From Bugula neritina (lineage: Eukaryota; Animalia; Bryozoa), in NCBI GenBank assembly GCA_964035545.1, contig OZ037768.1, positions 7,472,741 to 7,536,740 of the forward strand: a stretch of DNA of 64,000 nucleotides, read 5' to 3'. Positions 41,090-64,000 of this stretch are shown here, one piece after another (positions within the stretch are counted from its first letter, which is position 1; each line of letters begins with the position of its first letter). A program made the translations under genes and the position numbers. The notes beneath the pieces were generated by a model that saw only the letters and a list, made by a program, of their open reading frames with translations, ran no database searches and was not told the origin of the DNA.

Positions 41090-42000
41090 CTTCAGTTACT
41101 CTTACTGTTAGTCACTTACTCTTAGTCTTAGTGTTCACCTACTCATACTCAACTGTTACTAACACTAACAGTAACAGTAACAGTGTTAAAACACTTAATG
41201 TTAGTAACACTTACACTGTGACTGTTACTCACACAAGTGACCGTGTTACTAACAGTGTTAGTAACAGTAACACTGTCACCTGTGTTAGACTTAGAGTTAC
41301 TTTTAGACTTAGTCTTACAGTTACTCTCATTGTGATTGTTTCAGTTTGAGTTACTTTTAGTTTTACTTTTACTTTTAGTTTTAGTGTTAAAACACTTAAT
41401 GTTAGTAACACTTACACTGTGACTGTTACTCACACAAGTGACCGTGTTACTAACAGTGTTAGTAACAGTAACACTGTCACCTGTGTTAGACTTAGAGTTA
41501 CTTTTAGACTTAGCCTTACAGTTACTCTCATTGTTTCAGTTTGAGTTACTTTTAGTTTTACTTTTACTTTTAGTTTTACTTTTACTTTTAGTAATAGTTT
41601 TACTTTTACTCAGCCTGAGTTTAATTTTACACTTAACAATAACATTGACAAAGAATTAAGTTGGACTTTAGTTTCTAAATCTAAGTCTTTAACTTACACT
41701 GACACTCTGACTGATTCTAATTCTTAGAGTTGAGTCTTATTCCTTAAGATTAGGGCGTAGGCATTATCATTATGAGTATGGTAATCAATATCGTTATGAT
41801 TACAGAATAAGAACATGCTTTTAGTTTTACTTTAGAGTGTAGACTTAGAGTTAGTTACTGTTACTGTTAGTGTTAGACTTACTTTTAGTCCTGAGCTTGC
41901 AGTTACTGGTTAGTGATAGTGCTACTGTTGGTGTTACTCGTAACTCTTGCTCTAACTCTTGATTCTAAAGTTTGAGCTAGACTCTAAGTCTAACAGTTGC
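41090..42000. repeat. 6-bp-periodic tract at ZNF598 5' end containing a 201-bp tandem duplication (41182-41382, 41383-41577)
   Basis: gtt aga ctt aga gtt act ttt aga ctt agt ctt aca gtt act. The second copy lacks exactly 6 nt (tgattg). Confidence 0.85.
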
Positions 42001-42829
42001 TGTTGGTGAGTCAAACAGCTTTTTTCAACAAGTGTGAATCCTAGTCAATTTTTTAAAAGTTGGAACTTTGCTGTCGGTGAAATTCAAACTGAAAGTGAAT
42101 TGTAATTTGAAATGAATTTAATTATTTATCATTAATGATAAGTATTCATATTGGGTACAGGTCATTTTGTACACAAATCGTTTCGACACCACCTTTTCAA
42201 ATCGTTTCTACCCATCTGATAGGTCATTTCCTACACGATACACATCGATATAAATCAACTAAAATACACATTTAGTACTATTTGGTAGATTTACTCTTAT
42301 TCCAAACTAAGGTGAATAGGTAAATAACTTTTAGTAAATCAAAATTTTTGTGTTGAACTCGGTCAATATCATAACCATAATGATTGTTTAATACTTATAC
42401 TTGATTTTATAGTAATCCTAATAAACTCGTAAAGTTTTACTTACTCGAAGTCATAACAATGGACAGTCTTAGAAGGAAGAAGGGGTGTATTGCATATTAG
42501 TAATGTGTTGGGCAGTCATTGGACAATAGTTGTACAGTTAGTACTGCTTGAGCTATGTAAATAACTAAAAACCTCATCCTGTCTATGTGTATGTTGCTCT
42601 GAGCTGTTGCCTTGATTGTGACTAGTCTACATATCCCTGATAGTCCTTTGAAAAAAACTGTTCAAGTACTTAAGCATGAGTCTGTATAGTGCTTATAGCA
42701 GGTTTGTTCAGAAGATGGTCATAAGGACAGCTGGGGGCGAGACGTTTTTTTGCCAAAATAAATTAATAAGTAATAGTTGCTCAAATAACTTTTTATTCAC
42801 ATTTTAGCAATTATAAGACTTTCTCTAAG

Positions 42830-42830
<1 letters not shown>

Positions 42831-42901
<71 letters not shown>
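42831..42901. repeat. (TA)n microsatellite
   Basis: About 35 TA units, directly visible. Confidence 0.98.
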
Positions 42902-42906
<5 letters not shown>

Positions 42907-43279
42907 TAAACTTATTATTATGCTGCTTGAATATGCTCAAAAGTTAAACTTTGCCTCCTATACTTCCGAGGCGATCTAGCATGATCTTGGTTTTGTCGAT
43001 GCTGTAAGTCTATAGAAATAGTTATAGTCATACTAGTTACTGATACTAGTTCTATTATTAGTTATAATAGGACTTGTAAATTTTTTTTTGATTATACTTC
43101 AATTTTATTTTCATTCAAAGCTAATTTATCTATGCTAAGATGCAAGCAAATCACATTGAAAGCCTAACTTTGTTCCTTTTGTGTCTCTTCAACTCTTGAA
43201 ATATTATTTTTAGCCACTTTTACAAATTGATTAATTTTTTGTAGTTCTAATAGTCAAGTCTATTAAGTGATAAAAAGCA

Positions 43280-46200
43280 ATGGAGATCGAAGTAGCTTTT
43301 GCAGGCGCTGAGGCTATGAAGAACACATGTCCAATTTGTCAAGAGATTGAAGTTATTCATGCTATTTCACCTTGTGATCATCATATATGCTATAAATGTT
43401 CCACACGGCTGCGCTTGCTGCACCAGCAGTTTTATTGTCCAATTTGTCGTGCAGAATGTCCCATGGTAAGCAAAATTTTATATGTTTATTATTTTCAGTT
43501 TCTGATGTTTTTTCAATTACATTAAAACTGCCTTTTTATCATCTCATATGCATATGTGTTTGAACTCATTTTCTGAAATTATATTAAAATCATTTTGTTT
43601 TATGTTTCTACATAGGTGCTGTTTGCTCACAAAATACAGCAGTATTCAAAATATAATCAGCGCCGGTTCATTAATGGAAGAAGACTAAAAGCAATGTTTG
43701 AGGACAAAAGAGTGAAAAATTCAGTTGACCAATTACTCGCACACCAATGTTCTACCTGTCTAGCTGGAAGTGGGGAGGTTGTGGAGTTTGGAAATTTCAA
43801 AGCGCTTCAGGAACATGTTCGGAAGACTCATCAGTTGTTCTTTTGTGACATCTGTACTGCAAATGTTAAGGTACCGGTCATTTTAAAAACTGGTGAGATT
43901 TACTGTATTACACGGAATAAGCAGTGCATCTGCATGCTGTTTATTCCGTATTGCATCAGGGATAGAACTAAACTAGTGATTAGTTATTTGCTCTCATGAT
44001 TGCAGCTATTCAGCTCAGAGCGGAAATCGTACACCAGACCGGATCTCGCACTCCATAAAAGGAAAGGCGATCCTGATGATACCTCATTCAAAGGTCATCC
44101 ACTCTGTGAATTTTGTGATACAAGATTTCTCGACACGGATGAGTTATGGCGGCACTTGAGAAAGGACCACTATTTTTGTCATTTTTGTGATGCGGATGGA
44201 AGTCACATCTTTTTTGGGTATATTGTGCTACTTTTAGATATGTTTTATTTGCAGTTGACAATTTCTTAATTTTGAAGAATTTGATGGATTCAGTTACCAT
44301 CATCTATAAAATGTATAGTTTCATGTTATAGTTTGTTAGCTTATATAATCCTTAATAACTGTTCTTTTTATAAATATGAAGAATATATTATGCAATAGAT
44401 AGTTTATGGGTTGTGAATTATCACCATCATATGTTATATTCCATAGATGCTATGAAGACATTAAAGAACATTTCAAAGAAGAGCATTACTTGTGTGAAGA
44501 AGATGAATGTGCAAATGTACAATTCACCAACTCTTTTCGTTCAGAACTTGACTTGAAAGCTCATATAAGTCAGCATCATTTGAAAGGAGTCAAGAGGCAA
44601 GTATTCAAATTGTTTTGTTCTATCATACCTGCAGCCTTTTCATCTCACTAGTACTCTACCAAAACCTTTATCTGTCTTGTGATATATGTGATATACAATT
44701 TATAGTTTCAAGATAACATTCCTATCATATTTTAAATTAAACATTTGCTATCTGATAAGAATGAGGTAGGCAAGTAGCATGTTTTGTCAAGTATGTTGAC
44801 TGCACCCAGTTGCCATATATGTATGGAATCGAGGCTGCTTTACTGATATGTTAGAACTATTGTAGAAGTCAACAGAGGCAGGTGAGGACTCTGGATATAG
44901 AGTTCAACTATGGCGAGTCTAGACGGGGGTTTGCCAGAGAGCAGAGGAAGAGACCCAGTGAGTTGAACTACTAATGTATATCATATCTTGTGTTCCTGTG
45001 AGCAAGAGGCTAAAAATTTTATATGCTGGATGCTTTCTAGCAAACTACACCCATCACAATAATTTTTTGTTTATTTTACTGATACGTAGCACGTTTTAGT
45101 CTCACTGAAAATAAGTTATTGTAGCTGGTTAACAACACAAGTTCGTGATTTTGTAAAACACTATTTTTTAAACAATGGAAATTGGAAGGTGATTCATGGC
45201 TATATGGCAAAGTTTAGCAGGCCTTTAAAAGGGCTAAATTCTATGAAAATTTTACTTGCTGTTGACTGATAACTTCTAATAACTCACCATACCTTTTGGC
45301 TCTTTTCACTTGACAAGTCTCGTTTTAGTTGCACATTAAACTATCAATTTTAGATCGGGATGAAAGACAAGCTTTACCCAGTAACAGCGAACCAAGTGTT
45401 GAAGCCAAGAAGCCTCAGAAACCACTGGATATAGCTAAATCAACTCAGTATGCCATTTCTAATACTAAGTTTATTAAAGAATATCTGGCACATCACATGT
45501 ATACAGTATTACATTTAGTATGAGTATCATAGTTCCATAGCTACGTCATCAGCAAGTGAGCCATCATCCCGAATTACATGAAGACATTCAAACACAAAAT
45601 GTATTATAAAATCAACATACTTTGGCATACTACCTTGAAGTTGTATTTAGTTATAGCCAAGATATATTGGAATAATTTAATACTGCCTACATGTAGGGTG
45701 TCTGAGAGTTCTAAGTCACTAATGTAAAAACATAATAGAATATAAGAATAATTACCAAATACTAATCATATATCCATTGCATTACGAAGTCACAAGTCAG
45801 TGCCAATTGCAGCGTTATAGAAAATTGTGCAATTTTTGGTATATGTAAATTATTCTCCAAATAATCATAAAATCATTCTTACCAATCATTTGTCTTGAAA
45901 TTTTACTGATCAAAGCTATTAAATGGCCGTATTTCTGCAGTTATATGATTACAGCTATTATCTATGCCATTATTTGCTTTTCATAAAAATTTAGTGTCAT
46001 TATTTGCTTACAGGGAAGAAATAGATATTTCACGAGCTGTCACGGCCTCACTTCAACAGCCTGAGCCTCAGACCACAGTTGATATGGGCTCTACTCAAGA
46101 TTTCCCTATGCTCGGTGGAGACGTTGTGGACAGAAAGGCTAATTCAAGCCCCGCCACTGTTACCAAGAAAACCGCCGCTCAGAAAGCAGCTGGAATGGTG

Positions 46201-48591
46201 TTTGTAGATGACAATGAAGAGTTTCCTGGTCTCTCCTATGGCTCTGTTGCTCAGCCACCCCCCACATCTCTCCATGTATGTTTAAATATCTACACATGTT
46301 TGCCTTCATGTTAGCATATTACAAGGCTATATTTTTTATATAATTCATATGCTACTCATAGCATAGCGTAATTAATTATTTAGGTTTTCAAAGCAAAAAT
46401 TTGTAGCATTTAAGGTTTCTGAAGAATAAAATCTTGATAATGTATGTGTGGGTCTTCTTTTCTTCAATTTTTTTTATTTTGCTGCCTTGTATATAGTGCG
46501 AGAGATTGTCTCTTTGTATGTAACGCAGTGTTTTGAATCGTCTATGTAGCGACAAACTGGCAAATATTTTATGATAGGCAAAGTCTATGAGGTCTCGGGC
46601 CCATCCAGCTCCAGCGCCTGCACCAGCTGCGTTGAAAGCAAAAAGCAATCCATGGAATGATACTGAAGATGAGTTTCCAACATTGTCAAGCTCAAAACCC
46701 AAGCCATCAGCTCACGGATGGCATCTTCCCAAACCTCAGCCAAAGCCTGCAATGAAATTTATTAACAATTCCAAATCATCTCTAAATTCTGAAAAAGATT
46801 TTCCCTCTCTTGGTAAGGCAGCACAACTCTTCATTCAAAATGTTTTTATTTCTCTTGGTCACAAAGTTATGGTCTGTTAATTTATATACAGCGCACACTC
46901 ACATGTGGGAAAATGCTGTCTCTGTGCTACTCTATTGGCATTTGGTTTTACTTTATACTTTGGATAACTTATCTACTGTCAAAACCTTATCTCCATTAAC
47001 TCCATTAACATGTAACTACTGTGATTTTATAGAGATTTTTCTTTATTCTTGTGCAGGTGGAACAGCTTCATCAAACTTAGCCTCCATTGGGTCTTGGATT
47101 CATCACAATGGGAAATCAGTTGCTGCTGCTCCTGAAATTGCACAGCAGCGTAGTGCATCTGCTCCTTACTTGAATTGTTATGCAGAGTCCACTAAAAAGG
47201 ATATTTCTCAAACTGCAAAGATGGACAACAGCAAAAACTCCCTGGGTAAAACGGAATCAGTCAGTGCTGCTCAGTCAAACACTACTAAAAGCAAAAAGGC
47301 AGCTAAGAAGTCACGTGGTGAAGCAGCTGGTACTGGTAGCTCTTTAGGTTCTAATAAAGCTAAAGAAAGTGATTCTAGTAACAAAAATTCTGTAAATGGT
47401 AAAGTCAAATCAGGTGTGGCTGACACTAATGTTGATAAGATATCTAAAAAGCCAACTAAAGGCAAAAAAGACAATCATCCTGCTAGTAAGCCACTTGCTG
47501 GTGATACAAATAACTCAACTAGTTCAAAGAGTATTTCTAATGCAGGAACCTCTACCAAGCCAGAGTCCCATAAAAGCAATAGTAAAAGTCTTCGACTCAG
47601 CAAAAAAATGACCGCATTAGAAGCTGAATTGTCCAAGATGGATTGTCTCTCTGTTGCAACCGATGAGCCAGCCACAGATAAATCCAACACCAATGAGCTG
47701 CATCCAAAATATTCGCTAAACAATGTAGACAGTGATGGCCCAAGACAAGCTTCTAAGGTGGACAATCATAAACCAACTTCTCCTGTTTTTCCTGCAACTA
47801 CGAGTGATGAAAGTCCATCTTTGCCAACTAATCAGTCGAAGCCTTCATTTTCCAAGAAATCTGAAATTCGATCATTAACTGATTTTGATTATCCTCCTTT
47901 GGCCATGTCTAGCTCCACTGCAAAACACAAAGCCAACACATCTACTGTGAAACCACCACCCGGTTTGTCTGCATCCTCTACCACTCTAGCTCCACCTCCA
48001 GGATTAGCCATTCCTACTGCAGCACTTAATGGTTCAAACAAACCCTCTGGAATAGATGCATCAACTCCTAAACCACCAGGATTGTCTTCACTGGCTGATC
48101 TCATTCTCTCTAACAAGAGCACTGTTGCACATGTCTACACAGAGCCTGTTAACTTCAGTCAACGAAATAAAAAGCTCAGTTTCAAGTTGAAAGAGTTGAT
48201 CTATAATGACATGGACAAATTTCATAAATTCAAAAATTATTCGACAGATTTTCGGAGTGGCGAAATTTCTGCCAGACAGTTTTATGACAGCTGTAGTGAA
48301 TTGTTGGGCGAATATGTATTTTTAGAAATTCTAACTGAACTGCTTGTACTTCTTCCAGATCTTACAAAACAGCAAAACCTTTACCAGATCTGTAAAGATA
48401 AACTCTCTAAAGCTCAAAAAAAGAACAGTTGGAGATCTAGTGCTGAAATGACCTTGTTGCTGTGTCCATCCTGTAATCAAGTGCTTTTGCAACAAGATGC
48501 TAGTTACCATGAAGCCCAACATGGTATGGGCGCTGAAGATTTTCCATTGCTATCCAGTTCTAAATCTACAGGAGCTCGAAAAGCTTGGTGA
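43280..48591 (+). CDS. ZNF598: E3 ubiquitin ligase ZNF598 (Hel2 ortholog, ribosome collision sensor)
   Basis: Exons 43280-43465, 43616-43870, 44006-44217, 44447-44596, 44866-44957, 45354-45447, 46014-46275, 46578-46812, 47057-48591. RING CPIC..CDHHICYKCSTRLR..CPICR; C2H2 fingers GDPDDTSFKGHPLCEFCD, HLRKDHYFCHFCD; DFPxL repeats; PPPGL motifs; C-terminal CPSCNQVL. Confidence 0.95.
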
Positions 48592-49752
48592 TTCATTTAT
48601 GCCATTTACATGATATGGGATTTTTTATTACGATTTATTTTTTTAATGTTAGACCTCTTCTTCGCACATGCAATGAATTGCATAAATTCTGAATTGAAAT
48701 TTCCATGCCCAATCGTAAATTTTTTGAGAAAAATTGATAATTGCCACTTTAACATATTCCTGATACTTTTTCAGCATTCAAATATTATCGTTATTTATAT
48801 GATTAGTGTTTCAGTTGGTGTCATTTATTTGTGAACAGTTGAATAAAATATGTTGCAGGTTATATCTGTCAGTGATTCAATTTTAAAAGTAGAAATTGTT
48901 AGTAAATAAAATACTTGGGAGGTATTAGGTATTAAACTGTTTTCTTTACAAATAATAATTAGTACAGCATGGATAACAAAAGCAATAGTCTCTGAAGAAA
49001 AGTTTCAATTCAGACTAAGAATGCTGAAAACATTAGTAGATGGTAAATTACACAAAAATGTGAAATTCAATAGCCAAATGTGAATAATAATATCAAAATT
49101 ATCTAACAAAACATACAAGTAATAGTGCCTTGCAGCTAGAGCTAAAGCATGGTGACACAAAATAACGTACAAGTCAGCAGAACCTACCAATTTTTTCCAG
49201 ATAACCAAAAAAGATTATTAAGTGTAAATTTTCTAAGCTTTATATGCATAATGATCACAACAGAATTTTACTTTTTAACGATGAATTAGAGCATCTTGTG
49301 ATTTGTAGCCAATAACCTGTGCTTTCTGCACAACGGCCTCTAAAGTTGTAAAAATATACAAATTAACTTGAAGTTTTGCCAAAAAACAACTCTGAAACTG
49401 CGTTACCTTACTTTATAGAAGGGCTAGAATTTTTCCTAGGAAGGAAAACTCCACAAGGAAGACAGCATCATTAATCACTTCTGTTTGATGTTAGTAAACT
49501 GAAATCTGGCAGTATCTATTTAGGGTAAAACTGAAATTAAAAATTTTCGTGGAACTGTAATTACGTAAAAAAAGAATTGTGGTAATAATTTTACATCCAT
49601 GATGTTCTATATCAAAACAATACAAAGCTAACCAAGTATTTGTATAAAACTACATGTATGGATTGTTGATGGAATGTCATTATTACAAAATATGCGCTAT
49701 CCATCTGCCAAACATTTATAGTGTTCAAGGATTGAGAGTGAATTAGTGTCTT

Positions 49753-56273
<6,521 letters not shown>

Positions 56274-56680
56274 TGTGATTGTAGTTCCAACGAGCTTGAA
56301 TTACAAATAAATTTCAATTGTTTTTAAATCAATATAAGTCTAGTTCTACAAATAACTTTCCAATTTTCTATAAGAACAACTTTATTCACATTTATTGAAT
56401 TTATATCAAAAAATTTGTTCTATTTATAGGAGCAAATCGGGAAAAGTGAGTCTAAATGATTAGTTTCCGGGTCGTAGAGTGATAAGTGGCTCTATAAATA
56501 TCGGATAACATATACAACTACCATTTTCAGCATTGCCCATGCTATGTTAGCCTCAATTCATAAACAAAAAAATAAGGAGAGCACTCCAAGGTCACAAGCC
56601 ATAATTTTGTTGTGGTACCGAAGCAAACCTCAAGGCCAAAGTTATATATTTTTGCTCCTTGCTCCTTTTCACTGCTTAAA

Positions 56681-56749
56681 CTAAAACTAACAAGTACGAA
56701 AATCTAAAACTAACAAGTACGAAAATCTAAAACTAACAAGTATGAAAAT
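56681..56749. repeat. Three tandem copies of a 23-bp unit CTAAAACTAACAAGTA(C/T)GAAAAT
   Basis: Directly visible, between the divergent Rac1 and WDR13 starts. Confidence 0.9.
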
Positions 56750-57367
56750 CAAAATGAATGGCTAATTACGCCAACTGTAGCTAATTAGTTCAAATTTATT
56801 TTAGTAACATAGTCAATTGTATTCCGAAAGCTTTCAGTAATAATTAAAGCTCTGTAACTGTAAGAAGCTTCTGCTTTGTAACAATGACAATCAGAATCAC
56901 GGTTACGCTTACGGGTTAAGTAGATTTCAGTTTGAGTTTGCTTTTGCTCTTTGGCTTTAATATAGATAAAATGTTATTCTAATTTTATAATAACTTAGTT
57001 CTCATATTTTTTATTGATATTAGTCAGTCTAAAAAGTAAAAAACGTAGAAACTCAATATTTGAAACAAATTCTAAATAAATGCATCAGCATGGAACTTAA
57101 AAACTGGCAAGCTACTTCAACTTGCTTATAGTTATAGTTATACATTTACTTTTAGTGATTTACAACCTTAATGCTCACATGTTGTGTATTCATCTTCAAT
57201 CTCAATCTGAGACCTTAACCTCAATTATCACAATGGAAATGTACCTCTTTTTTAATACATGTAACTTATTATAATTATGTGTGTGTTTTTTGTGATTAAC
57301 GAAAAACCGTCTTGATTTTCAGGTTGGGCTAAATTTTTAGAAGTTACTAAGTTGAGACGTAATTTAA

Positions 57368-63612
<6,245 letters not shown>

Positions 63613-64000
63613 ATGTAAAACTGAATCTAGATGATGATGTCATGGTGTAGCGCTCTAAAGTACACTAGTTAGTGGTTTCTACTTATTTATTCTAGTCATA
63701 AAAGATTTCAGTTGACTAAAAAATAGGCTTTCTTTTCTATATTTGCTCAATTTATTATATTATTATAACTATAAAATTTGAAATTAACATATTTTTAATA
63801 TTATTTGTATATTTTTAATGAAATTGCATTTGAAGTTTTTGAATGAAACTCGACATACTGTGCAATTTAGAATTTTATTTTAATAAAATCAATCTTAAAG
63901 TAAAATTTGCGAGAATGTTTGCATAAGAAAAAGATATTTAGGGAACTTTATAAACCCAAGTCATATTCTACATCAGCACATTCTTGGAGCTAGTTACCTG

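Noticed and set aside
40954-41659. ORFs with alternating Thr/Ser-X or poly-Leu (antifreeze/beta-solenoid-like appearance)
   Set aside because: Direct translations of the 6-bp periodic tract on both strands, non-ATG or arbitrary starts, no splice structure; treated as non-coding.
42150-42250. Repeated GGTCATTT..TACAC motifs resembling a DNA transposon end
   Set aside because: No matching opposite terminus or TSD found.
46810-47056. N-terminal part of the 593-aa ORF as a separate gene start
   Set aside because: It is ZNF598 intron 8 read through; the true exon starts at 47057.
16201-48591. Functional cluster of mRNA/ribosome surveillance genes (PNRC, CCDC124, ZNF598)
   Set aside because: Interspersed with unrelated genes on both strands; no evidence beyond coincidence in a gene-dense genome.
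56681-56749. CRISPR-like array
   Set aside because: Direct tandem repeats without spacers, in a eukaryotic context with no cas genes.

Overview
Eukaryotic (metazoan, intron-rich, very AT-rich, compact-genome invertebrate; taxon not determinable from sequence alone) window. Seven conserved spliced genes were reconstructed exon by exon: CCDC124 (+), DMAP1 (-), G-alpha-v/GNAV1 (+), synaptogyrin (-), ZNF598 (+), Rac1 (-), WDR13 (+), arranged as alternating convergent and divergent pairs. There is also a divergent single-ORF PNRC-like gene. Largely invisible in the ORF track is a 22-exon, ~822-aa orphan gene (5378-14487, -) built from ten duplicated phase 1-1 exon modules, nine of which end in an LP-like motif. 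An old ~13-kb-offset duplication flanks it and suggests a tandem orphan-gene array. Mobile DNA: five copies of a tRNA-derived SINE, two TAA-flanked PIF/Harbinger-type MITEs (one nested in a SINE), a small foldback element and a possible solo LTR. The most unusual signal is a set of degenerate 6-bp-periodic A[C/G]T tracts that sit at the 5' end of all seven conserved genes and were not noticed elsewhere. All coordinates were read by hand and may be off by a few bases; no database searches were run.
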